Assembly (NCBI RefSeq): GCF_006345805.1
Contig: NC_043000.1
Span: forward strand, 46,376,001-46,440,000
Source: Octopus sinensis
Lineage: Eukaryota
DNA: 64,000 nt
Direction: 5' to 3'
Position numbers and translations under genes: made by a program. Below are positions 24,700-38,199 of this stretch, piece after piece. The notes beneath the pieces were generated by a model, which saw nothing but the letters and a program-made list of their open reading frames with translations, did no database searches and was not told the origin of the DNA. The first letter of the stretch is position 1. Each line of letters begins with the position of its first letter.

Positions 24700-25420
24700 A
24701 AAATTGTTTCTAGTGTTTTATGACAGCATGGGTCAGTTAAACCTAAGGTGGTATATCTGGGTTATCAGTCACTAGAGCAATAACAAGACAGTGCATTTTT
24801 CCTATTGATGGATGCTGCAAACTTTTGGAAGATGTACAATTTCTCGCAATGGAAGAATTAGCAATTGTGTGTAAGGAAAGCTCTGAAAAGAATATTCCAT
24901 TTGAAGCTTGGAAAGTTATTTCAAAGGTCCCAGAGTCCCTACATAAAGTGACACAAGGAGGTGGACATTTCCTTGGCTCTGCGCTTGGAGAGTTTGTGTT
25001 GCGTATATCTTCTCTTAAAGTCATTGGCTGTCATGTCCCTTGAATTTCTTGTGATGCTATCAGATGTAAGGATGGTTCTTTAGACTACAGCCTTTGAGAT
25101 GCAGTATCTGCCAAATGGACAGTTGAAATAATTTTGATAGCTACAGGTTTGAATATGAGGTGGGGTTTTTGTGGCTGTGTGTTTGCCTTTATTGTTGTGT
25201 GTAATATTTGAAGCATTCTTGTTTAAGTAGCTAACCTTGATGTTATGGGAATTAAACAGTTTATGATATTTAAAGCTTCTTGGAAAATGCTTTTTAACTT
25301 ATAATGGGAGACAGTTAGCTACATTAATGGAAACTCTTTCGCTGAATGGTGGATTAAAATAGATTCCTCTTCTTTTTCTAATTCTCTTTAGATTTTGAGG
25401 ATGAATGGGGTTCTTCATAT
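24700..25420 (-). pseudogene. Decayed Penelope-like element: RT thumb/linker plus GIY-YIG endonuclease (possibly Naiad-type)
   Basis: Minus-strand peptides in the expected order: IYFNPPFSERVSIN, KKHFPRSFKYHKLFNSHNIKVSY, CPFGRYCISKAVV, NDFKRRYTQHK, FKWNIL, CEKLYI. Many stops and frameshifts. Confidence 0.75.
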
Positions 25421-27836
25421 ACATTCACTTATCAAGCAACATCCCACAATAGTGAGATATGCACACATTCATACACACACACATATACACATATAGAAAT
25501 CCTAGCTTTTACCTTATTTACATTTGATGGATATTTGTCCTAATCTTGTTTGTTGTTAACACATTTCAGCTGATAAACCCTCCAGTGATATGAAATTCTT
25601 GAGAAGATCAACCCACGTCAATGAAACTGAGTACTAGAAGATTTGTGTGTTCCACCCACACTTAAGAGAACTTCTCATACACTCTACCCCAACAAACCAA
25701 ACTAGATCACTATATCTCTTCTCTTCCTAACATTTCTGCTTCATGCACTATGCTTACCTTCCACTCCCCAATCCTATCTTCTTGGCCCTGTGCAATTGTA
25801 TCATTGCTCTCCAGTTGCCTCCAGTCTGTATGTTCTACCCACATGTCCTGTCTCTATTATTGCTAGCCCCCGACCTCACCCTACTCCAACAAACAAATCT
25901 ACATCTCCACATTGCTTCCCTTTCTCACATTTCCTCCTTCATACACTATGCTCAACTCTCACTCTACCTAATCCTGTCCTTACAGACCTCTTCCCCTGTA
26001 TCACTGATATCTGGTATCTTGACTGACTCTATATATACCCAGGTATTTTGCCACTTACTCACACTTTTTAATTACACTTCCTTTGCAATATCCTTCCACT
26101 TATGTCGTTTGAACCTCAAGGGTATTACCTGGCACTTGTCACCGTCTATATCTCTTTCTTTCTTTATTCAACCATCCCATTTATATTCTGATCCCTGTTC
26201 CTTGTGAGTATGCCTGGCATTTTGCCACCATCTCTATCCCGCTGTCTTTCACTCTCTCTCTCCTTCTCCTGCACTTCACTCAGGTTGGGTAACCATATAT
26301 TTCTTTCGTGGTAGAACACCTATTTCTGTCTACATTCCTGATCTTTCTCTCTCTGGCCAGGTAACCTTGTGCCTCCTCTACAGCAAGAAAGCTGTTTCTG
26401 TCTCACTATAAGCTTTCTTCATCCTACACACGATCATCTCCGTTTTTGAAAGGGTTATTTTGGGTCTTGCAAACACTTGGTAACCCCATCAGCACTGGTT
26501 CTTCTTGAAAGCACCCAGTCCACATTGTAAAGTGGTTGGTGTTTGGAAGGGCATCTAGCTGTGAAAACCTTGCCAAAATTGACCTCGCCCGTGCTTGTAC
26601 CACATAAAAAGCACTAAGTACACTCTACTGAGTGGTTGATATAAAGGAAGGGTATCCAGCTGTAAAAATCCTGTCAAAACCCCCCACATGTTTAAACTCA
26701 ATATATATGTGTGTACGTGTATGTATGTGTATATTTTCCTTGTATCATCTGTCTGGATGTTTTGCGTTCTTGTCACCTTTTTATATTTTTTATAAATAAA
26801 ATATAATGGCGTACGTACAGTTTGGTTTCTTATTTGTTAGTATATACATCTAAATTTTGTATGACTCTGTTGTTCTTTATATTCTTTCTTTCAGCCCTTT
26901 CTCACTTCGTTCATGCCACTCTTCGTTCTTTCGTTCCCCCTCTCTCACATTTCATGGCCTTCTCTTCATGCTTACTTTCCCTCTTTCACTTCACTGTCTC
27001 TTTCATTTTTCTCTTGCCCCTCCTTAAGTTTTCTATCACTCTGCCTCTACCTCTCTCTCTCTTCTCTCCCCATGTGACTGGGTTGGACTACTGTCCGTGC
27101 AACATCTATATTCCTTCCTGTGCTTGTTAAATCCTATGTTCCTGCCATAAGGCTTTACTTCCACACACGCCAGCTTAATTTAATTTGTCCTTAGTTGAAA
27201 GACACCTGTTGTTATGTCCTCTTTTTGTATTTGTGTAGTTTTTGTGTGTGTGCATATATGTATATCTGACACACACACATATATACTCATATATGCAACA
27301 GGCTTCTTTCAGTTTCCATCTACCAAATCCACTCATGAGGCTTTGTTTGGCCCAGAGCTGTAGCAGAAGATATGCCCAAGGTGCCATGCAATAGGACTGA
27401 ATCAAGAACCCATGAAGCTAGATGTAAGCTTCTTACCAAAGAGCTACACCAACATGCACGCACACACTTACAGACAGACACACACACATACAAATATATG
27501 TAGATACATATACATAAATATATACACACACACACATATATATATAAGTATGTGTATATTCATATCACATCTAAGTCATGAAAAGTATTTTGTTAATAGA
27601 ACACCTAATTTCTCTTCAGTTGATCAACTGATAGAAGCCAATTTCAGATTAATTAGCTTCCATTTACAGTGTGTCAAAACAAATATAATTGATATATTGA
27701 AATGAAGAGAAAATGAGCTGGTACTTAAATATGTAGTTGTAAATGTAAAGGAACCTTAATTGAATCTGTTTTCACAAACACACATACATATGTGCATATA
27801 TATCTATATATCTCTCTATATATATATCTATCTATC

Positions 27837-27868
<32 letters not shown>

Positions 27869-27884
27869 TATGTATATACATATA

Positions 27885-27966
<82 letters not shown>

Positions 27967-28569
27967 AATATATATACATTTAAATATTATTGGTGTGTGA
28001 TGAGTGTATATACATATATGTATTTATCAATATATAAGAAATAGATAATGTAACGAAATGGAAACAGTTGAAGTTAGAATAGAAATTAATGTGCCACAGA
28101 AATAAAATGTTTTCATTAACATTACTGATTCATTTAGAACTGTTAATTATAATCTGTTACGTGTATTCTCATTCACAATATTATTCATAACAGAGAAAAT
28201 ATTATGTACGTGTAAGTTTCCTTGCTTTGAGATAAACTTAGTCCCTTAGTTATCATGGCTATGTCCATGTTAGTGTTCATATATATATATGTGTGTGTAT
28301 ATCTAAGGTCCTGGAGTGGGTATAAGAGTAGGGTTTTTCTAGAAAAGAACTCAATCTGAATTCTGGACTATCAACACTGTCAGGTTGGGTGAAGAGCAAA
28401 TTATAATCCAAATAATACAACAAAAAAATTCTTTAATACATCTTTAATGATTTTTTACAATTGTTTCTGTATCATTGCAAGTAGAGTTGGTACAGAAAAC
28501 AATTGTAATGAATCATTAAATATGTGTTAAAGAATTTCTTTATCTTTTCATTTATTTAGATTATATATA

Positions 28570-28730
28570 TACATGAGGGGTGTGGCAAGGTTCCTGGTTT
28601 TAATGGTATTGTGAAAAGCCTGGTTGGAGGTCTGACCTTCTTAGTTCTTTTACAAGGCTTAGAAAAACTGAAAGACCACTGCAATAAGTGAGTGAATCTG
28701 AGAGGGGAATATGTTGAATAAAAACATTAT
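28570..28730 (+). mobile_element. Short mariner derivative (end-like sequence fused to transposase C-terminus)
   Basis: Starts TACATGAGGGG; encodes F.QGLEKLKDHCNK.VNLRGEYVE*, the canonical mariner C-terminus. Confidence 0.55.
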
Positions 28731-29756
28731 TAATTGATCCTTAATTAAGTAATTATGTCTTAATTACTTCTTAAATGAAACCCAGAGTTAAGGGTGATTA
28801 CAGGTGATCAACAATAATAACAATATGTACATAATATTTATAAACATGAAGGCACAAAGTTGGCAGAATCATTAGCATTTCATCCATCTTTACATTCTGA
28901 GTTCAAATTCTGCAGAAGTCCGGTTTGCCTTTTATCCTTTTGAGGTCAGTCAGATAGGTACGAGTTGAACTTGGGGTGAGTGTAACTGACTTAATTTCTC
29001 CCTCGAACATGCTGGCCTTGGGCCAAAATTTGAAACTAATATTTGTAAACAGGTTTATTTGTATGTTGTGGTAGAAACTTGAGTTCTATAACTGGAGTAT
29101 AGACCTTCTTCAGTGTGAAAATATACTTCTGTAAATAATTTTTTCCTGTTGATATGTTAGAATTAATTCTCTTGACTCTAAGACATTAACAACGAATTCT
29201 TCCTCAATCACACCTCATTGTTGAAAAACGAAAAGTGTACGTTAGATAACATAATCCTTTGTGAACACTTTCTGAATAAAATCAAGTTTATGGCTTGAAC
29301 ATCTTTGATCATTTCTGCTCTTTGAGAGTTGACCTGGGGCTAAACAACAACAACATATTGAATAGTGTTATATGTGAATTAAATTTGTTTTTTGGAATAT
29401 CATATTGGAAGGATAATGCCTTTAGCCTTATCTAGGATCTCCAATATCAAGTAAAAGTGTCCAGAGAATAAGAAATAAGAGATACTATTCAAAATAGTAA
29501 ACAGCAATTCCAATATCCCTGGGAATAAAGACAATTGTGAAAGCAATATGTTAGATATGTTAGTTTGCCTTGAAGACAAAATTTCCTCTCTTCATAGTAA
29601 TGTAATATATCTTATTATTTTGTTTTTACTATATTGCCTTTCTCTAAACCATAATCAGGAAGGAAATCTCCAGCCTAAATTGTTGGACCTACACCAATCA
29701 CATTGCAAATATTTTACAAGATAAAATGAACCAACTTACTACTGATTATATCTTAA

Positions 29757-30205
29757 ATTTTTTTACTTGTTTCAGTCATGCAGCCATGCTGGGGCATCAC
29801 CTTACTCTTTTTACTTGTTTCAGTCATTTGACTGTGGCCATGCTGGAGCACCGCCTTCAGTTGAGCAAACTGACCCCAGGACTTATTCTTTGTAAGCCCA
29901 GTACTTATTCTATCAGTCTCTTTTGCCAAACTGCTAAGTTACAGGGATGTAAACACACCAGCATTGGTGGTCAAGCGATGTGGGGGGGACAAACACAGAC
30001 ACACAAATATATACACACATACATACATATATACATATATACAACAGGCGTCTTTCAGTTTCCGTCTACAAAATCCACTCACAAGGCATTGGTCGGCCAG
30101 AGACTATAGTAGAATACACTTGCCCAAGGTGCCATGCAGTGGGACTGAATCCAGAACCATGTGGTTGGCAAGCAAGCTACTTACCACAGAGCCACTCCTA
30201 CACCT
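29757..30205 (-). mobile_element. SINE family A with a duplicated tail segment
   Basis: Full copy preceded by a second ~45-bp tail piece (29757-29800). Confidence 0.85.
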
Positions 30206-30587
30206 GGAGAATTTTAGTTAAACTTTTCAACTCCAGTACTTCATTTTCTTTTTTTTTTTTGTAAAGCCTGGTAGCTGTTCTATTTGCCTCTTTTGCCAAA
30301 CTGCCAAGTTATGGAGACATAAATACACCAACACCGGTTGTCAATCGGTGGTATTGGGCAAACACAGACACACACACACACACACATGACAAGCTTCTTT
30401 CAGTTTCCGTTTACCAAATCCCCTCACAACATTTTGGTCAGCTCAAGATTATAATAGAAGAAGATACTTGCCCAAGGTGCCAGGTAATGAGACAGAATCC
30501 ATTTAGTTGGGAAGCAAACTTCTTACCACACAGCCAATGTAGCATTATATAAATAAGTCAGATCTCTTAAGAATTTTACTGTTCTAC

Positions 30588-31001
30588 ACGCAGTGGCTGT
30601 GTGGTAAGTAGCTTGCTAACCAACCACATGTTTCCGGGTTCAGTCCCACTGCATGGCATCTTGAGCAAGTGTCTTCTGCTATAGCCTCGGGCCGACCAAT
30701 GCCTTGTGAGTGAATTTGGTAGACGGAAACTGAAAGAAGCCTGTCGTATATATGTATATATATGCATATGTATGTGTGTGTATATGTTTGTGTGTCTGTG
30801 TTTGTCCCTCAAGCATTGCTTGACAACCGATGCTGGTGTGTTTACACCCCCGTCACTTAGCGGTTCAGCAAAAGAGACCGATAGAATAAGTACTGGGCTT
30901 ACAAAGAAAAAGTCCCGGGGTCGATTTGCTCGACTAAAGGTGGTGCTCCAGCATGGCCACAGTCAAATGACTGAAACAAGTAAAAGAGTAGAGAAAGAGT
31001 A
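30588..31001 (+). mobile_element. SINE family A, full length
   Basis: Collinear match; inverted relative to the 29757 copy. Confidence 0.85.
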
Positions 31002-31514
31002 CCCATTACAAAGAACAATCCCCTAGCTCATAGTTCTACTCCCACTGGAAGTGATACAAACTATTCACATTCAAAAGAAAAATTTTTATCCACCAAAGAG
31101 TTGATAAAACTTAACCAATCCTATTAAAACTTTATAATATTTTCTCCTTGTTTACACCATAACAAACTAGTAAGCAAAAAAAGAAAAATCAATTATATAC
31201 ATTATCTTTGTTCTTTCAATAACATATTATATCTTGTAATTTTAAAGTTTTGGCTTATCATTTGATCAGTCCCCAAAAGTGTTGCTGAATCTTACCAATG
31301 CCAACTTAAGACAGTGATGTACCTGGAAAGTTAGAATACAGCTGCAGCTGTACCGATAAGCTATTTTTCAAAATAGTTTTGTTTACAAGATTAATCAGAA
31401 AAATCACTGAGATGGTCAGAACTACCATAATATGGTGTCTTGTGAAACATGCCCCCACCTTACATACACACATGCGTGTGTGTGTGTGTGTGTGTGTGCG
31501 TGTGCGTGTGTGCG

Positions 31515-31557
<43 letters not shown>

Positions 31558-32054
31558 ATTTTCCTATTAAAAGTTAGGTACGAGGACTTAGCAACAAAGG
31601 GTCATCTCTGTGCAAACTCCAGACTAATCATTTCCTGAAACAGCCACTAAACCATTCATCATCATCACAGAGCTCTGAGCATACAAAACCAAATGTGTTA
31701 TTAATGAGCAACTTACACAAAAATTGCTACAAGTGGCTTAAGTTTGGGGAGAGCCAACTTCACTCACACTTCTTAAGTTTGTAACCCAAACTAAATCACG
31801 GGACTTAGTACTCTTCATGCACAAAAGAATGCATTCTTGGGAAGCTAGTTATACAAAACTTTAAAATGATCACGGCAGATTTTTCTTACAATAGCAGTCC
31901 ATATTATATGTGAAGTTCCTTTGCTTAAGTTTGTCTAATAACATCAAACATATACATACACAAATCACAGACACAAATACAAATTGGAGTACACATGAAA
32001 CTACAAGTGATATATCATACCAACTACAACCATTATTGAGAGTATTATGATACC

Positions 32055-32279
32055 TATTTCTTTACTACCCACAAGGGGCTAAACAGAGGAGACAAACAAG
32101 GACAGACAAACGGATTAAGTCGATTACATCGACCCCAGTGCGTAACTGGTACTTAATTTATCGACCCCGAAAGGATGAAAGGCAAAGTCAACCTTGGCGG
32201 ATTTGAACTCAGAACGTAACGGCAGACGAAATACGGCTACGCATTTCGCCCGGGGTGCTAACGGTTCTGCCAGCTCGCC
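32055..32279 (-). mobile_element. SINE family B, young copy with a 13-bp TSD
   Basis: Flanked by the exact direct repeat gtattatgatacc (32042-32054 and 32280-32292). Confidence 0.9.
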
Positions 32280-35200
32280 GTATTATGATACCACAATTGA
32301 GAATTTTAGTCCTAAAGGGATCTGAAAGAATATTCATTCACCATCTCACATGCAATTGTTAAATAGGCATTGACTGTATACTGGTTTCATCCAATGTTTT
32401 AGCAGCACATGTTTCTGTTCTGCTGGATTCCTGGTAACATTTCTTATCAGGCAAACCTGCTGGTGTTACCAATTTAGTCATCTGTAATGTGATGACATAA
32501 CGGGTTACATTGTGTTATATGTCACCAGTAGCACTCAGAGAGAGGTCATACACACATGTATACAGCACAATTTTAGAGATTAAGGTTTGGTTAAAGTCAC
32601 AAGTAGTTTACACCAATCAGTATTAGAGACGGTAGAACTGATAAGAGAGCCTTTATATTTGCCCTACTAGAAATGTAGATATGGTTGATAAAACTCCCTC
32701 AAATCAAACCCCTTCTATCCGATAAAGCACATGTAAGATATATACTCTCAACTTGAAAATTATTATGTGTCCCCAGTTGGAACATCTTTCAAGCCTGACC
32801 TAGGGTTAAACAAGAAGGGACGATAGAGTATAAATCCTAGTTTCTTAATATCATGGTAAAAAATAAGATAACAAAGCTTCAAATGCTATTTTTTAATGGA
32901 AGTTGATAGAAATAAAGTAAAATTGTTTATGGAAAGAAATAAGAATAAACCTTTGATTTTTGAGTCTGTAGTGAAACTTCTGAATGACTAGAATAAATCT
33001 GGATGAGTAAACACTCCAAAGTCAAAAAAGATGTTGGATCATATGCCTGTATAAATTCTAAAAAGTGAAAAGATGCAAGATGTGAAAGGAGGAAAATAAA
33101 CAGTGCTATTTCTGTCAATAAATCATTTTCAAGTGCAGCAATGAATAACTAAAAGAGAAAATTGGACAGGATACATAAAGCAACATAGCCTTTAGCACCA
33201 GTCAATTTCCTGTAGTGATAGTTTACTTAGCTTGTATGGACATGTAAGTAATAATGCAAATGGAGAGTTGCACACATGAAATGAAAATGGATTCTGAACT
33301 GGGGATAGAAAATATTTAAATATTTAAAACAAAAAATACAATTATGAAGAAAGTAAGATGACACCAATTATCTATAAACACTGATTAGGTTCCACACAAT
33401 GTATCAAAAAGCTATCTGTGCACTGATTAGAATTTGAAATCTGTGACATACAGAATATCAAATAATAGTTCCATAAAAATGAGCAATACATGGAAAAACA
33501 AATCTTTTTTCAGTTTTTATGATTTGAAATAAGCAAAACTTTGTTTATGAAGATTTTTTGATAATTATCTACATAAACATGAACATTTTTATGTTTAATG
33601 CATATGTAAATTTTAACAAACAGCAAAAGAAACTTGAAAAATAATATTTCATGGAATCATTTATATGTTAAAGAATCTATTGAAATATGCAGCTCTGAAG
33701 ACTAATTTGACTTATGTCAAAACACTCAAAAAGCATCCAATCCCCATTGTAAAATGGTTAACGTTTATAAGGGGATCCAGTTGTAAAAACCATGCAAAAA
33801 ATGACCTTGCCTGCACTGGTGCCACTTAAAAAGCACTAAGTTCACCCTGCTGAGTGGTTGCTGCTAAGCATGGCATCCAGCTATAAAAACCATGCCAAAA
33901 CAGACACTGAAGCTTGATAGTCTTCTGCCTTGCCAACTGCTGTCAAACAGCCCAACTCATGCCAACATGGAAAGGAGATGTTAAATGATGATGATGATGA
34001 TGACAAAGATGATTATGTTGTGTGTTGGAGATAATATTGTTTAGAGAAGAGTAAAATCTGAATTTCTGCTAAGCCATTATAAGATTTAATGATCCAATTG
34101 GATTCGTATAAATCTACTTGGGAAGTGCAATAGATAACGTGAAACTATTTGAAACTGAATTCTTTGTCAATTATTAAAATGCTACAGGAATTGACTATCA
34201 TTATTTCAATGTTATCTTCCTATTTATATAAAAAATAACTTCAACATCTTTTCCAACACTCTTTTACTGGCTTCAATCAGTCACTAAGAATTTGCTAAAT
34301 CCCCTTCAATGAAACAGGGCTTTATCAAGAGTGGAATTGAAACTTATACTTTAAGTCTGACATCTTATACAACTCACCAACCCTGGTATATAGGTTAGAA
34401 TATCTTCCTAATACCATTTATAACCATATTTCATTTACTCATATAATAAAATTATGAATTTTATATCTGGAGAAAAGTGCACATGACTTAGAAGAGAAAT
34501 GCATATGTACAACTATCTAGTAATATTATTTGATGTTCTCTTCTCTGTTCTGATAAAGAATTTATATATTTTCGATAATAATTATTTTCTTTATGCAGCA
34601 AAACATCAGAAGCAGTAGTTTACGGTGAATAATATATTACTATTCATGCTATCAGACAAAATGATATTACAGCAGTGTTTAAAAAGAGATGACACATATT
34701 ATATGTTATGTGGGATGAAGAAATTTTCTAATACATCTTATTTTCTCAATAGAAAATTTAAATAAGCAAAAATTGTTTTTAAATGGGTTTATAAAAGTGC
34801 ATTGTGTGTCATCTTTACAGTTTTTATTTCAATTTTTCCTTTCAATTTATAAGTAGGAATGAAATAATTATTTCTTCAGCTTTCTTAATATTAGTGTCAT
34901 GGTTATTCTGTAGCAGTTGGAGTGACTTTCAATTCATTGTATTTTAAATTCAAAACTTTTATATATATTCTTCATAAATATTCTTCACTTAAATTAGATC
35001 ATATAGTAATAATCATAGTGGTATATTGTATCCTTAATGGTGTAAACCATTGAATGGAGGTAACCTTTTGATGACCCAGGTTCATAAATTGACTTCATAT
35101 CTGAATTGAAACTATTGTATTTTACTATTAAATCTGGATTCATATCTCCTTATGGATCTAAAGGTAATGGAATAAATAATGGTTCACTATTACTACAGGC

Positions 35201-38128
35201 ACTGTTATAAAATCAAAGGCAGGTTTACCAAAGATAGGCAATAGCAATTACTTCTTCCTTTCAAACATGCATTTAACTGAAGTGTGACCTTAGATGGGGT
35301 AAAAATGCAACATTCTGCTTTGATTTATATTATGCTGAAATACACATGAAAGATATCAACTGTCTCAGACAAACAACTATTGATTATTTTAATTTGAATC
35401 ATTGCCTGAAGACGAAGTATTCAATATGTGCCATTTGGATAAATAGCACAACATGTTGCTATTCATTCCCAGGTCAATCATATTCAAGCAGAACTATGAT
35501 GAAAGGTAATCCATCTGCTACCAAACTGTCTTTTTCTTTTTTTGTATATCCAAAGACTTCACTGTCCAATGTGTCCTTCTTTATTTAAAACTCACAAGGT
35601 ATGATTTGAAGAAGAATCTTCTTGCTATTTCTAGCAGTTCATGTGACTGTATAAAGGATCTATCATTGGCATATGTGATATTACCATTTCAAAAGGGGTG
35701 GATATTAACTAACCTACTAAAGTTATGTGAGTATCTTCCTCTACAACTGCTGTAAAACTATGTTTAGAATAAAACATGAAATGCTTGTGAGAAATACTAC
35801 TACAATAATCAAAAAAATTATTTTACAAACTAATACATTCCATAAGCATATGAATAATATAATATGTAAATTGTATAGATGTTGATCTTCAAGAGCATTT
35901 AGTATCAAAGGAACTAGGAATTTATCATTCCTCAATACTTTGCCGTAATTTATTTTATCTGAATAAGAATGAAAGAAATTGTATACTTTTATGGCAGCCT
36001 TCGTTTGAATATATGCAGGCCTGAAGTGATATAAAAATTATTATAAAATGAATTTTAATATTGATATTTAACTAATAACTTCAGATAGATAGTTCATTAA
36101 AAATATAAATAAAATATAGGGTCTTTAAGATCTGTGCAAGTTATTTCAAGGTAATATTATTTCAATAACACATAAAATGAAGATACTAAGGATAATAATT
36201 AATATTTTTAAGACATACTTTTTGACAAATATACTTTTGAATTAGGGAAGAGAAGCCAAACATGAAGCTGGTGCTATGTAAAAAGTGAAGAGAATAAGAA
36301 AAGGGTTGTTCGGTGTGAATACAAGTTCATTAGATAGCTGTTTCTATTCTATATTGAAGATAAAGTATAAATGGATAATGTTTTCAATATCTGGGTAAAT
36401 TAATATATAAATTATATTATCAGTAAAGCATTTTTTAATGTTTCTAAAACAAAATTAATAAAATACACAACAGAAGAGAAAATTCATATAAAATACTTAA
36501 TTTTCAGTATATCTCAATTATTTCACCAGAGTTTATGTTGCTTTTCCATCTCTTGTTCACTAGATGAAAATCATGTGTTGAATACATTTTATTAGGTAAA
36601 TTTATCTATTAGAAATTAAAATTAATATCTTCACATACGTTTTCATATTTCTTTCAATAAAATGATATTAAAACAAGCACTAGACATTTGGGCAACAAAA
36701 TTAAAGATGAAATGTAATATTAATGAATAAAAAAATTGCCTTATTAGTTTAAATAAGATTTCTTGTTTAAAAAAAAAAAACACGTCTGATGGGGAAAAAA
36801 ATGTAATTGAAGAAAAGATAAGATAAAGAAGAATCAAATTTGCTTCATAACATTCATTTGGAATGGAAATGAAAATATAATGTAAAAAAAAAAAGAGCAG
36901 AATACATTATAATAGTCTACTGACAGTAAGAAAATAGATCACATTTGTAGAACAAAAAAAGATGACTAAGAGAGAAATCATTAAATGATGTATATGAGAA
37001 CATATAGATCAATAGATAAACAGTTGTCATATCAAAGCTAATTTAAGACTATGCTGATATAAAAGAATCCATTATGAAACTGTTGATTACTTTTACTGAT
37101 ATATGAAGAAGCTAAAGAAATGGATTTCGTGGTTATTTATAATTATCAGCAGTGTTGTAGCACCAAAAGTTTTTCAGATTTATTTTGAGCCTTATTCTTA
37201 ATACTAATATTAGATAATTCTTAACAGTATTTCTTGAAATCACAGAGAGATGAAATAAGTTAGAGATAATATTGGCATGAATAAAAAGAAATAGTTAAGT
37301 TAGTATTAATCTATTTTAATTAATGGACCATTAATAAGCTAGCTAAAAATAATCATATAGTGAAATAAAAAGATAATATTGGCCAATGATTAATATAGAT
37401 CTATAATATTATTCTGCTTGTACCATGATGTGTTTGAGTTTTATAATTTTAACAACGTTAACTATGGAACAAAATTGAAGACATAAAGGAAGTATTTAAC
37501 AAACATAAGGAATTGGGTTTCAGTATTGGGCATTCAACAAGCTGAACTATGGAATGAAAAAGATATAATCAAAATTGTCATAATAAATCAATGACATGAA
37601 CATCTTTAAATCTATGCATGAAATTATAAATAAGAAAATTTATAAAACATGAAATTTCCCCAAGTACAGAAGAAAATTCTAAGTAAGTTACAGATTTATT
37701 ATGCTCTCATCAGCAAAGTAAGGATGAGAGAATTTCTAACAAATTATAAAAGATTGTAGATTGTACCAGTATCAGATGGGTAGTCTAGTCATAATGGGTA
37801 TAGTGGGCTTTGTATATTGCCCAATATACCATCATGATTACCCAATATTGGTCCTAGTGTCACTTTCTCACTTAATAATAATAATAATAATAGTAGTCCT
37901 TTTTCTATAGGCACAAGGCCTGTAATTTATGGGAGGGGCTAAGTCGATTACATCAATCCCAGTGTTCAATTGGTACTTATTTTATTGACTCCAAAAGGAT
38001 GAAAAGAAAAGTCAACCTCAGCAGAATTTGAACTCAGAACGTAAAGATGAACAAAATGTTGTTAAGCATTTTGCCTGGCATGCTAACAATTTTGCCAGTT
38101 CACTGTCTTAATAATAATAATAATAATG

Positions 38129-38187
<59 letters not shown>

Positions 38188-38199
38188 AATGATTTCTTT

